Source: Lama guanicoe (Eukaryota). From it: a DNA stretch of 64,000 nt. The DNA is taken from positions 6,307,083 through 6,371,082 of the forward strand of contig MU055864.1 of the NCBI GenBank assembly GCA_013239625.1, given 5' to 3'. The notes under the pieces were generated by a model. That model was not told the DNA's origin. It saw nothing but the letters and a program-made list of their open reading frames with translations, and ran no database searches. Shown in pieces: positions 23,354 to 36,718 of the stretch. The position numbers and the translations under genes are program-made. Numbering within the stretch: position 1 is the stretch's first letter; every line of letters begins with the position of its first letter.

Positions 23354-24013
23354 AATTGTTTTCAAATACAAGCATTATGCCGCCCAGGAAGTCCCCTTTG
23401 CTAAGGGACTCGGCATTTGCATCTTATTTTAAGCGCTGTGTCCACAGGATGATTGGGCATTTCCTATAGCCAAATAAGCCAAGTTAACACATCATGGATT
23501 TAAACAGGGTGGACATTAATTGAGTGAGGCGATTTCACAGCCTAATAGTCCAAGTTCCATTGACTGAGGGAGCAAAGTGGACCTGCCACACTGGGATGCA
23601 GTCCCTGGCAGCTGGGAAAGCAGCAGGGAAGGAGAGGAGAGAAGGCAATGTCCTGGAAATTCCTGTAAAAGATCAGGCGTGGGCAGATTAAATGAACATC
23701 ATTCTCACGAAAACAGAGGCCAACAGGTGGCCCAGCAACCCAGGCTTCAGAAGCTCTCAGCCATCAAGAGGAAAATTCCCATCTCTTCCCCACCCAGGTG
23801 AGCTGGCATTGTTCTAGAATCCTAAATGTCTAGATTCTTTCCACATCATCTGTTGCTCAATGGCCAGGACACAAATGATTCAGTCCCCTCAAGCCTCTTG
23901 TTTAGAGGCAGCTCGCTATGACTTTATAAGGTCAGAATTTCAGGGGATTAAAAACTGCTCAGATAAACACCCACCACCCAGCCACTTTGGAAGGTCTCTC
24001 TGCTGGAAATAAT

Positions 24014-24547
24014 CTATTCATTTCCCAGGGCTGCCTTAATAAGGTACCACAAACTGGTGACTTGAAACAACAGAAATTTATTCTTTCCCAGTTCTGGAGG
24101 CTTCAAGTCCAGGATCAACGTGTCAGCAGGGTCATGCTCTCTCTGAAGGCACTAGGGGAGGATATGTGCCTTTCTCCCAGCTTCTGGTGTTGCTGACCAT
24201 CCCTGGTGTTCCTCAGCCTGTAGACACTCCAGTCTCTCCCTCAGCATCTCACGGTTCTCACCCTGTGTCTTTACGTCATCTTCCCTCTCTGCATGCCGGT
24301 GTCTTCATGTGGCATTTCACTCTGTGTGTCTCTTCTGCTCTTCTTATAGGGACACTAGTCCTTATTAGGGGCTCACTTTCCTCCAGTGTGACCTCATCTT
24401 AACTCATATCTTGAAAATATATATATATACATGTATACATACACACACACACACACACAGATCTTATTTCCAGATAAGGTCACAATTCCAGGTACTGGGG
24501 TACAGGACTTCAACATACCTTTTTGGAGACACATTCGACCCACAAGA
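24014..24547 (-). mobile_element. MLT1 solo LTR with internal (TA)/(CA) microsatellite
   Basis: agggctgccttaataaggtaccacaaactggtgacttgaaacaacagaaatttattc...cagataaggtcacaattccaggtactgggg. Confidence 0.88.
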
Positions 24548-25159
24548 AACAGGAAGGGACAAAAGCAGGCAGAAAACCACAAGACCAACACCTGTTACAA
24601 GTATGATGGAGGAGAAATGGATGTAGGGACACCCCAGTGCTGCTGGTTGTGCTTTTCCTGAATTCCCACATTCTCATCCATCCATAGCCTCCATCCATGA
24701 GGCTATGTTTGCAACACCAGACAAGACTATGATATCACATACCGACTATTATTTTGCTAAAGACACGCCGTTTCCTTAGAAAGGTAGTAGGGGTCCATTA
24801 TTTACTTGGAACATCCTTCCAGTTCATATCTGTCACTAACTTACTGCCCTTTATTTTTAGTAGGTGTAGAGGAAGTAAATATGACTCACTTAACACTCTC
24901 TGTGCATTTCCATTGAAATGGAGAGTCAACCTGAAATACGTAGAAACTTTCCTCTCAGTCTTTTTATCTAGGATACCTTCTTATTTAATACATTATCTAT
25001 TCGATAGATAATGCAATAGATCCTATTGCACTAAAGCCGACAGCACTCTCATTCCTTATATTTTTTAAAGTCTGTGTTGCCTCGTTACTGATAACACGTG
25101 CATGTGTGCAACACTTAAGTGCTGTCCTTATGGGAAATACTTAACCTCTTTCAAACAAA

Positions 25160-25375
25160 TGTAATAATGATACCTGTCACTTACTGACTGTCTTCTATGT
25201 TTGAGACACTGTGCTAATTGGTTTACGTGCACTATTTTATTCAATTCTTAAAATAAACATGCTGTAAGTGTTGTCATTCCCATTTTACAGATGAAGAAGC
25301 TGAGACTTGGATAACTAAGATCTTGCCCCAAATTGCATAGATTTTAAGTGGTGGAGCTGGAATTTAGATTTGAAT
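25160..25375 (-). mobile_element. MIR SINE
   Basis: cccattttacagatgaagaagctgagac...cttgccccaaattgcatag...gtggtggagctggaattt. Confidence 0.8.
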
Positions 25376-26194
25376 TTGATTACAAAGCTCATATTGGACT
25401 ACCTTAATATTTTTCACAGTAATCCTGGTGGGTTTTCCTCAACCAATCTAGTGGGGTTTTTTTCCCCTCTCCCCAGCCTTTGACTCATAAGAAAAGCAGC
25501 CCAGGTTTAGGTGCGTAGACTGACACCTAATGGTCCAAACCCGTCTCAACATTCCCACATTTTGCTTTTGACCACTAGGTGGAGATGTGCCTATTTTCTC
25601 TCCTCCAAAAGATCTTGAACTCTTTAGAATCCATTAGTGAGCACGTCTCCCCTCTTTGGGTCCCAAATGGTTATAGAACCACAACCAGATTACCAGTAAG
25701 TCAAACACCCAGATCTGGGCCTATGGACCACCTCGTTCACCACAGTATTTCTCTAGGCTTTATTAAAAGTGAAAAAAAATTCCACTGTGATTCCACATGC
25801 TGGTTGAATCAACAATCCACTTATATATTTACATAGAATAGACCCTATAGGCTTGGAAACTATGTGAATGTGTTTTTTGATCCATAAAGAGCTATGTCAA
25901 TGTAAAAGTTGTAATAATAAAAACTACATGTCTAATGAAGCTGAAGACGTGATGAGTAACTTTAAAATGGCCTTGGTAGCTTTTATACAACTACATCTAA
26001 TCTTGATGGACCTGGAGTAAATGGAATGTAGTCTCTCTGTGGGTGTGTGACTGACCTTATTGGATTATGTGCCTGGCCCTGCACAAGGTTCAGAGTAGAC
26101 ACTGGGGACCAGGTGACACAACTCCTGGTTCATATTCATGGCCAATGTCAAGGTAGGTGCAACACAGACAGATGAGATCTTCCCTCAGAGTTAT

Positions 26195-26268
26195 ATGTGT
26201 GTATAAGGGTGTTTATGTGGGTGTGTGTATATATGTGTGTGTGTGTGTGTGTGTGCGCATGTGTGTAG
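26195..26268. repeat. (TG)n-rich microsatellite
   Basis: Directly visible. Confidence 0.9.
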
Positions 26269-26269
26269 A

Positions 26270-26830
26270 GTGTTGAACTTCATTATTCGTGGATTCTGTA
26301 CAGTTGTCCCACAGTACCTGCTAGGGGATTGGTTCCAGGACCCCATGGATTTACCAAAATCCCAGGATGCTCAAGTCTTTTATATAAAATGGATTAGCAC
26401 AGTTGGCCATCCGTATCTACAGGTTTTACACCTGTGGATACAGCCAAGTACAGACTGATGCTTTCTGCTGATTTCATGGTTTAAAAGGCCCCAAGTGTAG
26501 TGCTGAAGTGTTGCCTGGTGTTCCTAAGCCAGAGAAGGCTGCAACGTGCTACAGGGGAAATACATGTGGTGAATAAGCTTCCTTCAGGCATAAGTTACAG
26601 CACTGCTGTCATGAGTTCAACGTAATTAACAATATATATTAAGTAAGGTGTCTTTCGACAGAAGCACACATAAAGCAAGGTTATGTTTGACCAACTGATG
26701 AAACAAAATGTGGCCGAAGGTTCGAAGGAAACTCACCCCGTATTTTCTCTAGGACCAATGGTTCAAGTTCCACCAATTCAGTGTTTATGGCAACTTAAGG
26801 GACCGTAACTACTGTGAATAAGACAAATCA
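26270..26830 (+). mobile_element. MER82-like Tigger element with a nested MER2/MER8-like fragment (26311-~26457)
   Basis: cattattcgtggattctgTA|cagttgtccc...ggggattggttccaggacccc, then gtttaaaaggccccaagtgtagtgctgaagtg...taactactgtgaataag. Confidence 0.8.
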
Positions 26831-28061
26831 TATATATATAAAATTATATATATAATATATTCACACACCAGTGTGTATATATACACACACACACACCATA
26901 CACATATGCACATACAGTTCTATGATGTATTAATAGAATTCCACACGATGGAGGGTGGCATCTACAAAAATCAGTACTGCTGCTCAGCCGGCTCTCAGAT
27001 CAGTCACATGCACACAGATGAGAGGGGGATGTATTGATTAAAGTAACTACACTAGATGGGGAAAAAAAGCTATTCGATTTGGGGAGGACTTCTGATTTGT
27101 AGGCCAAGTAGCCTAATCTTTGCATCCTTCATTTAAGGCAGGAAGGTATAGATAAGCAGAAGGAGAGGGAAGACAGTAAAACTCACAGGGGTTCCTACAA
27201 ACAAACACGGGGCTAGACGGACAGGGAGACCTGACTTGTTGATCACATGAGGGTACTGAGAAAGAGCACGTCTAGATTTAATCAGGTGACAATTGGTTCC
27301 AAGGACAACTATTACAGTTAAGCTTTCCTATGATTTTCCTGCTATTTCCTCTGACTGTTTTCCTGCCCTTGCCAGCATTAAGTTGTCTTGGATGAGTTCA
27401 AAAATATTTCCTAACTTATTTAGAGTTTGAGGGCAGGAAGCAAGAGAGACAGTGGGGCTCCTTCTTGTAGTGCCCCAGTGGGAGAAGGATGGTAGCAGCT
27501 AAGAAGAAGAGCAGCCTGAGGACCCACTGAAAAGGGAAACAGGGAGGCATCATCCCCACCCCGCGTGCTAAGACAGCCCACAGGCAAACAGCCCTTGGGT
27601 GACTTCCCTATGGCCAGCCGTCCAAGAGGAGCTTGGACCATTAAGAACCATGTCAGACTCCAGCGTTCAGGGCTTGTGAACAATGCTGTGGCCAATCCCG
27701 AGGGCTCTGTCGACCTACCAAAGCCAAGGAACAAGGAAGACCACTCCCTGGCCTGAGGGGCCATGTAACTAACTGCCAGGAGAAACACAGAACTTCTCAG
27801 ACCTTCTACTCCATTACTCAATAGTGCTTTTGTTTCTGTGTCACAGACAATGATCTTCCTAATGGGAAGTGTAAAGTGAAAATAAGCATGGGGAGTGAAA
27901 CCCAGAGAGGGCGGAGCCTCCGGCTTTAACGTCTCGAGTGTCTGAGACGATGAGAGCAGACAGACCCCAAACTCACATGAACCCTGTTCAGGGAGGCTGG
28001 GAGCTATGGCTGGGGCGGTGACTGAAGAACCAGCTCAATGAGAGAGAAACGACAAGTCCCA

Positions 28062-28415
28062 ATGGCAATTCTGATGTCATCATTTAGGAAAAAGGAAAAA
28101 GGTGGAATCTGGGACAGACAGACAAGGAAGCATTAACTCCTGACTAAGGATTAGAATCTATCAGTAAGCAGTTGGTGGTAGCCCCAGGCATGAGCACTAA
28201 GAACAGGTGGTTCCAAACTAACCACATTTTCCTGGTTCATAGCATTACTAGCAGATCAGCAAATGGGGTAGTCACAGAGCTCACGTATGTGGATTCTGGC
28301 AAAAACTCTCGTGGTACCACGTAAACAAGATGGAGAAATGGGAATCAGGTAATACCGCATCACATCCATGGGCTGGATGACCACCTGACCAAGAGCATAG
28401 GCCAGCTGATGGCAA
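28062..28415 (+). mobile_element. L3/CR1 LINE reverse-transcriptase fragment
   Basis: Decayed IFKKGKKV.SG, QHGFTKNR..QTNLI.F, YxD..K and KMEK.G motifs (aggaaaaaggaaaaaggtggaatctggg; cactaagaacaggtggttccaaactaacc; aacaagatggagaaatggg). Confidence 0.65.
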
Positions 28416-28589
28416 AGGTTTCTTTCAATTCCAAAACACAGGAAAACCGATGGGATGCCTATTTTGAGCGAGGACTTGAGAACTTACTACATTTCTACTA
28501 CTGACTTGATCCTGGGAATACGAAGATGCATTCCTTCCCTGAGTGAGCTTGTTTCTCAGAAGGTTAAACCTAGTCATTTCAGTAAGTGT

Positions 28590-29210
28590 CCACTCAAAAA
28601 TTTGCCCAAGAACATTCATAACATTTTATGTAGCCCCCAAATAGAAATAACCTACATGTTCATCAGCTGATAAGGGAATTAAAATGTGGTATGGCCACTC
28701 TTAAAATGTATACATTTCATTGTATATAAATGTCATCTCAGTAAAAGAACAATAAACAACAAAAAGATGTGGTATATCCATCAATGGAATATTAATNNNN
28801 NNNNNNNNNNNNNNNNNNNNNNNNNNNNNNNNNNNNNNNNNNNNNNNNNNNNNNNNNNNNNNNNNNNNNNNNNNNNNNNNNNNNNNNNNNNNNNNNNNNN
28901 NNNNNNNNNNNNNNNNNNNNNNNNNNNNNNNNNNNNNNNNNNNNNNNNNNNNNNNNNNNNNNNNNNNNNNNNNNAAGGCTGAGGAGTGGGTTGGAGGAAA
29001 ATGAGCATGACTGTTAAGGGACGTTGGGTTTCTTTTTTGGGATGAAAATGTTCTAAAATCGATTGTGGTGATGGATTGCACAACTCTGTGAATGCACGCA
29101 CACACACACACACAAAAACCCCACCAAACCTGAACTGTACACTTCAAATGGGTGAATTGTATGGTATAAGTGAACTTTAATGCAATAAAGCTGTATCTAA
29201 ATTTAAAAAA
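28590..29210 (+). mobile_element. L1MB/ME-type 3' end fragments
   Basis: gtggtatatccatcaatggaatatt...gatgaaaatgttctaaaatcgattgtggtgatgg...gcaataaagctgt; N-run 28797-28974. Confidence 0.85.
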
Positions 29211-31658
29211 GGTAAACTCTACTAGTGGAAATATATGTAAATAATTACAATACATTCTGAAGGATCCCATGTCAGAGGTTCTATTAATTTATATGTTTAC
29301 GTGCCAGTCTCCCCTACCACCTGGTCGATTCCTCTAGGGAAGGAAGCACGCATTAGCCATCTTTGTGTGCCCAGCTTCCAGCACAGTTCTAGGCCCACAG
29401 AAGATCATCACTAAATGTTGCTGAATGCTCAGTAAATTGGTAGCATGCTACCTACCTGGCAACCTGGTAAAATGAAGTACAAGATAAACAAAGACTCAGT
29501 GAGTGCTTCTTTGTAAACACTTTATGTTGACTCTTTCTGTAAAGTCAATCCCCCACTTAAAAGATCCACTTTACAGCATTAAGCGCCGAAACTGATCAAA
29601 AAATATGACATTTTTGCTGATTTTATATTTTATGCATCATATATCCTTCCTTAGTCACACTGATGAATGAAGAATTGTCAACATTCGTAGAAAAATGTCT
29701 AAAAACTAAAGAGGTAAGAGAGATGCATTAGCTTGAGGTGTGGGCGCTGACTGGGTGACTTCTGCTGGCTGTTAGGCAGACATGGATGTGAGTTTGGGTA
29801 TTAATGAGGGTATCATTTATACTAAGGGGATGTGATGGCAAGTGTTACAAGTAGTCGTTACAGGTCAGCGCTGACTTGACACACCTTAATCGCTACAGCC
29901 AACGTAATTGATTTCACTGTCTTCATAGGTTGACAATCAAATAAATTGGTAGCTGATGAAGCCATGCTCATTGAAGATTTCAATCTAGGGTGAAAAATCC
30001 ATGGTCCTAGTAGAAGGTGATCACGGTGAGGATTTTTTCCCTATTTCTACTTACGCTGAAGGACTCCTATCAAATCATCTCAGACTGTAGACATTGCCTT
30101 CTCCAAGTGATTTTCAGGTGGGCGAACTCTGTTCTCTCGAAACACAGCTTTTAACGATTCAATTAAATCCTCCTTGAAATGTACTTTGGTTAGTCTAATT
30201 GTGGCATCATTACCGCCCAGGCAACTCCCAGGAGATCCCCATGAAGACTATTTCCGGGAGTCTTTTCCTTAAAGAGGTAACTCTTTAATTTTGCTCAAAC
30301 ACCTAGAATTTCCCCAAAAGGTCACAGGAGAATATCCCTGGCAGGGGTTTAACATTATAGCACGTGCTAGCCTGGCTAATAGTTACTACCCATCATGTTA
30401 CGCAGGGAGGTGCCAGCATGCTGTGTGACTTTTAATTGAAATTCAGAACTATGGCTGGTGTGGTAATGAAAAGATTTTGGCAGAAGTCATGTGGAGCCCT
30501 TGACAATTAACAGCTGAGAAAATATACTGAGATGGCTGGAGCATCCATTATAAAATAACCTTCTAAATTGACATTTTTGGAATTCTGTTTGCCAGCATTC
30601 CAGGAGAGAAGATGGACTGCTCCAGTAGTCAAACTTAGCTCTTGGTGCATTCGGTTTGAGAATATGGAGAAGCCAAAGTTGAGGTGAAAGGCTGGTACCT
30701 ACCGGACAGAGGGGGGAAAAGCAAGCCGATGTTGGTGTTGGTCGACCTCCGCAGTAAAGGCAAATTCTTCTGGCCAAAGTTTCCAGTCTTTTACGACATA
30801 TGAGATAGTGGTAAGTTAAAGACATTGGAGCAATCATTTATTCATGAATCCATTCAATTATTTATTCACTTGACTTCCTGTTTGTTGGAGAGTGGAATTT
30901 TCTCTCCCTCTTCCTTCTGCTCCCATCCCAGTGAGGAAAGGGTTTTGGAAAGACAGCCAAGCTAGGCAGACATGCAAAATAGAATCTATATTTAGTGGTC
31001 AACCTTAGCAAGAAGGGCTTGTTTGTCTCGCTCATGTCTTGCTCTGAGGAGCCAGAAAGCTTTATGACTCTTGCCAAGCAAGGCAGCAGGGAGGCACAGA
31101 GCCCTGCCTTCCTGGATGGTGCAGGATGAATGGTGCCCGTGACCCTGTGGGCTGCTGCTGGAACGCAGCCAACATCCTGGGGAAGGAAGGAGAAAAGGGA
31201 GCAGGGACCCTCTCAGGAGCCCATGGAGGGAGGCTCTGTCTGTGGTGATACTCATAGAAAAGTAAGGAAAGGCCTGGCCCCATCCTCTGGAAGCCATGTG
31301 TGTTTCTGATTGGCTAGAAATAAGACTGTTTTCTTTCTAGTAAGGGACAGAGCAGCTGGCCCTTGGACCCTGGGGGAGGGAAGGTGGAGGCTAGCCAACC
31401 TCTTGTTCAGCCTCAGGCCCTTTGTGAGAAGCCTTAGGAACTTCACCGGGATCATCTTCAGCAGATGCTTTTGAGGACTGTCGACTGGAAAGACTCATGA
31501 GTGAACAAACGGACACAGACAGTCATGAGAAAGAAGCAAAACCCTGACTCACTAGCACATGCCAGGCACCTGTGGTAACACTAGGCTCCCTCGAGAAGGT
31601 TCTCTGAACAGACGTTTCGTAGGCAGATTTTAAAACATCTTAGTAAGTCTACTTGCAC

Positions 31659-32148
31659 TGGAAGGCAGAATGACGCCTCTCCAAGGATGTCCACGTCCTC
31701 AGCCCTGGAACCTGTGACTGCGTCACCTCACAGGGCAAAAAGGACGTAGTGGATGTGATTAAGGATCTTGAGGTGGGGGTGGTCATCTTAGGTGAGCTGG
31801 ACAGGCTGGATGTGGTCACAAAGGCCCTCAGAAGTAGAAGACAGAAGTGGGAGACTGGGAGTCAGAGAAGGAGATGAGACAACAGGAGCAGAGGTGGGAG
31901 TGACCCGATGGCTGGGGCTGCAGGTGGAGGAGGGGCCACAAGCAAGGAATGTGGGCAGCTTCTAAAAACTGAAGTAGGCAGAGACAGATTCCTGCCGAGC
32001 CTCCGTTAGGAACTGGCCACACCTTGATTTTAGCCCAGTGAGACCTGTTTCAGATTTCTGACCTCCATAACTAACATCATACAGCTGTGTTTTTCTAAGC
32101 CACTAAGTTTGTGGTCCTTTGTTACAGCAGTAATGGGAAACAGATACA
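31659..32148 (+). mobile_element. MLT1D-like solo LTR
   Basis: aaggatgtccacgtcctcagccctggaacctgtga...taagccactaagtttgtggt..tttgttacagcagtaatgggaaacagataca. Confidence 0.9.
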
Positions 32149-32954
32149 TTTGCCTTTACTCAGATGATTACCTAAGGTTTTTGCAAGAAAAATAAAGAGG
32201 AGGGATTTTTTTCTTATCCCTTAGAAGTATAAAATATCCCCGTGGGAAGGTAAAACAAAGCATGATTAACATATAGGATACAAGACGTAGATTTCCCTGA
32301 AATAAATAGAATTCTTAACCTGTTCATGTCCCATTTGCAGCCTGAGAGTATGGAGGGGGAGCCCTGTCCTGTCCACACACCAGTACCCCATGCGGGAGGG
32401 ATGGACCTCACCCCTCCTCTATCCTGCGTGCCTCAGGCTCTGACTTGGTTCTACTCTGCCCAGCTAATATATAGCCTTGCCCTCATTGCCTCTCCTGGTG
32501 AGTCTCCAAAGAACCCTGCCTCTCAGGGAATCCTTCTGAGATGGTCAACAGATCTCCTCTCCAGGAAGAACAGGTCAGCAGGCTTTGTGCTAGCCCAGGT
32601 GACCAAGGTCCCCCCAGCCATGGATGGGTTATTCAAGTGTTGGTTACACAGCATGTGACCCCCAAGACTTATGGGGCCAGCACTGCATCCTTCCAGATCC
32701 ACTAGGTTTCCTGGAGGCACCCCAGATGATGAAGACTCCGAAGGGTCCTAAGTGACAGGGTAAAATGAATGAGAAGTCAACCACATCTTACCTCCTGCTG
32801 CAAACTCATCATGAAAGAAATAAAGCCATTTCCCCTTCTCAGAAAGCAACCCAGTTTCTTCATCCTGGAGGGTTGGATTTCTCTCACCTCATTAAAACTT
32901 TGATTTTCAAGAATCTTGGCCAACAAGCTCAACTGTCCAAGGGGAGAAAGCAGC

Positions 32955-33425
32955 TGTATTAGTTTCTTGCTGCTATAACAAATCACCATGAATTTGAAGG
33001 CTTAAAACACCACAAATGTGTTTTTTTTTTACAGTTCTGGAGGTCAGAAGTCTGAAACAAGTCTCACTGGGCTAAAATCAAGGTGTCAGCAGGGCTGCAT
33101 TCCTTTTGGAACCTCCAGGAGAATGCTTCCTCACTTTTTCCTGCTTCTAGAGGTTGCCTATGTTCCTTGGCTTGTGGTGCCTTCCTAAAGCACATCACTG
33201 CAGGATCTCCTTCCAAGATCAGGTCGACTTCTCTTCTGTAGTCAAACCCTCCTCTACTCTCCTTTATGAGGACACTTGTGATCACACTTAGAGCTTGCCT
33301 AGACATTCTCCATCTCATGGTCCTCGACTTCATCACATCCAAAAAGTCCCTTTTGCTATAGAAGGTCACATTTCCAGTTCCGAGATTAGAATGTGGGCAT
33401 CTTAGGGGACCACTACTCTTGCTAT
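32955..33425 (-). mobile_element. MLT1 solo LTR
   Basis: tgtattagtttcttgctgctataacaaatcacc...cagttctggaggtcagaagtctgaaac...ggctaaaatcaaggtgtcagcaggg. Confidence 0.9.
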
Positions 33426-35429
33426 GAAAAGGTTGAAGAAGTGAGGAGTGGTGTGACCCTCACGAGAAAGGGGTTAGATCTCCCAAGCCCGAGTGGGGTA
33501 GATTTCTCCTCCTGCCCCCTCCCGACACAGCTCCCACTTGGCAACGCGGTTTCCGACGGGATAACAGAAAGGCTGATCCCTATGCCATGAAGCTGAAGAC
33601 CTCTGTATGTGAGCTCTGCTAGGAAGAACACGGCCGTCCACCTTCGAGGGCCACGGGGGCTGGGGCAGCAAGTGTGTGAAGCTCCGTGGCATCACCAAGG
33701 ACAGACGAGAAGCCAGAGGCCTTTCCCTACATTTTCTGGACAGACTTCTGGTCTTCCAGGGACGCAGAGGGGCACCCCACAACCTGGCTGATAGTGAATT
33801 TCTTGCTACTCTTGTCAAGTGGAAGCTCAGGGCCACATTTAATTTGATTTACAAAAAAATGTAGTAATAGAACGTGTTTTGCTCCTGAATGTGGAACAAA
33901 CTCATACCCAATTGATGGCACAGCACGGTTGGCTTCTAAAGCAAATATTCTGATGCGTCCACTTCCCCATCCTGTCTTGATTATCTGCCCCAAGAGGCCA
34001 GCTTTTTACAAAATGAATTTTCTTATCTCCAAGGCTTGCAGTCTCTTTCTTTTCTAGTTTACAGAGGGGGAAAAAAAATCCAAAAAACATGCAGAGACAC
34101 AGTTTGCGGTTTGGCCATTTTCATCTCATTATCAAGTGGGGCAGATCAGAGTTCCCGGGCTCCAGTAATAAGAACCCTTTGCCCTTCCCCAACTTTAATT
34201 TCCCTCCTGAGAAAGGGGGACGCAGTGTGCCTTCAGGTTCAAGTGTGAGCATGACACGCATGGCTGGTTTCCAAGCTTGACTAGTTTTGGACTCTCTAGA
34301 CCGCATCCACTCGGCGACCAGGGATGAGAGCCAGAAATGCAGCAGCAGAAATGAGCAAAGTCTCCCCACCCCCATGGGGAGCTGTTTTGCCGAGAAGACA
34401 GTGGATGCAAATCAAACAGGGACCTGGATGGGCTTATTTATAACAGAGAGTGAAAATGTTATTTAAAACCTGAAGCGACTGGCGGCCTCTCCATTTGAAG
34501 GGCAGTGGCATCATTCATTTCCACGGGAAAATGAATTCCCTCCTGCTCTGTCCACTTAGAGGGGTGGCGGGGAGCCAGGGAGACTGAAGCTTCAGCCTCA
34601 GCTGTCTGTTGTCACCCAGAGTGGATGGCCTTGTGCTTAGCAGGGCACACGGGTACCGCTGGCTGTGCAGAGGCCGGCCAGGAGCTGAGGAGGGGGCCAC
34701 GCTGCTCTGGGAAATAACAGAACTGAGTCAGGAGGGAGGGGCAAAGCAAGTCCAGAAACGCAAAAGCACAGCCTTGGGAAAGAACTGGCTGGGTGTGGGA
34801 GCGGCCATGGACTTGACAAGAAAGAGATCAGAGGTGGCGGAGGAGTCCGTCTGATGAGAAAACCCGAGCACTGGGGGCCCAGACAATGCTCACGTGTGTT
34901 ATTCCTGCTTATGTAGGTGCTGGTACTACTGAACACTTACTAGGCACACAGGCTCTGCCTGGAACGCTAGGTGCCTTACCTCATTCATTTCTCACGGTGG
35001 CCAGTATGAAATGGGTTAACATGCTTATTTTGGGGGTGACGATGGAAGTGCAAAAGGGCTAAGTGACTTGCTCAAGACGAGCTCAGGGGCCCAGCCACCC
35101 AACCACATACCTGCAGGCACGCTGCGCATGTAAACACACACACACACCCCTTTGGGGATGTTTTTATTGGGGGGTTTGGGCAATAAAAGTTCACTGGGCT
35201 CCTGCCTAAGGTGGTGCAGCCCGGAGATGAGAAGGGCTCTAAGAGGCAGCTGGGAGGCAGCCAGATTAGCAGGAACCAGCTTGGAAGCAGAGGCCCGGGC
35301 GCTCTCCTGAGATCGGGGATTCACAGAGATCCTGGGAAAGGTCCATGGGACATAACCTACAGCTCGGGCTCCATGTATTTCCTTGATGGACTTTGGGATT
35401 TTGTATTTTGCTTAACTAGATAAAATTAA

Positions 35430-36398
35430 GTTATAAGAATATTTTCAGCTCTTATAAGATGTTTAACAAGATTATATAAATGGCATATTGCATTTTTGTG
35501 CATCCTGCTACTTTTGTTCAACTTTTTTTTTTGCAGTTCATCCAAATTATTGTATGAAGTGTATATTCATTTTCCCTGTCATACAGTGTATCCCACTGAA
35601 GGACTATGCCAGAACTTATTTATCTATTCTATTATTAATGGACATTTGGGTTGTTTCCACTTTGGGGCTATCCTGAGGAATGATGCTCAGAGCCTCTTTG
35701 CTCGTTCACTCTGGTGCGTGTCTGCAAGGGTTTCTCTGGGGTGTACGGCTGGTAGCGGGATTGTGGGTCATAGGGAATGCATACCTTGAACCTCGTCATG
35801 ACACCAAACTGTTCTCCATGGTGGCTGCTGTCCCCTTCATTCCCACCAGCAGTGTAAGAAGTGCCTGTTTCTCTGTTTCCTTGTCAACAACTGGTATCAT
35901 TAGAACTGTTCAAAATTCGCCAATCCACTGGGTATGTAATGATCTCATGGTGGCTTTGTGTTTTTTTTGTAATTGAAGTACAGTCGATTACAATGTGTCA
36001 GGCTCTGGTGTACAGCACAATGTTGCAGTCATGCATATGTTTGTTTCCATTTATACTTTGTGTTTTCTTGATGAAAGATAACTTTGGATAGCTTTTCACA
36101 CGTTTATCAACCCTTTAAACTTTCTCTTTTGTGAAGTACCTGTTTAAGTGTACTGTTTACTTTTAAAATGTGTTTTTCTTATTGCCAGGAATTCTTTATT
36201 TGTATTTTGAATACTAGTCCTTTGTTAGTTACATGTATTTCAAATATTTCCCCCTCCTCTGGCTTTCATTTGTACTCTGTTTATGATTGCATTTGATGAA
36301 GAGAAATTCTTTCAATACAGTTGAATTTACCATTTTTTTTATGGTTAATGCCCTTTTGTGTCTACTTTATGAAATCCTTCCCTAAAGTCATGACAATA
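35430..36398 (-). mobile_element. Old L1 (L1MD/ME-type) fragment containing a short young L1 3' tail (~35960-36045)
   Basis: tggacatttgggttgtttccactttggggcta...cattcccaccagcagtgtaagaagtgcc; insert aattgaagtacagtcgattacaatgtgtca. Confidence 0.8.
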
Positions 36399-36718
36399 CA
36401 GTCATCCTTCAGTATCCTTGGGGGATTGGTTCCAGGACCCCTGGAAATACCAAACTCCTTGGATGCTCGTGTGCCTTATAGAAGATGGCATAGTATTTGC
36501 ATATAACTGATGCGCATCTTCTTGTACACCTTAAACCATCTCTAGATCATTTATAATACCCGATACAATGCAAATGCTATGTTAACAGTAGCCAGTGCTT
36601 GGCACGTTCAAGTTTTGCTCTGGGTAACTTTCTAGAATATTTTTCCCCTGAATATTTTCACATGTGAGGTTGACTGCATCTACGGATGCAGAGCCCACAG
36701 ATATGGAGGACCAAAGGT
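36399..36718 (+). mobile_element. MER2 (Tigger-derived MITE)
   Basis: TA|cagtcatccttcagtatccttgggggattggttccaggacccc...ggatgcagagcccacagatatggagg. Confidence 0.9.

Noticed and set aside
25011-25030. 8-bp hairpin tgcaatag-atc-ctattgca
   Set aside because: Expected by chance in 64 kb.
14441-29270. X-containing ORFs spanning N-runs
   Set aside because: Their length comes from masked bases within L1 fragments.
31659-33425. Two nearby MLT1 LTRs as a provirus
   Set aside because: Opposite orientations and no internal MaLR sequence recognised; independent solo LTRs.
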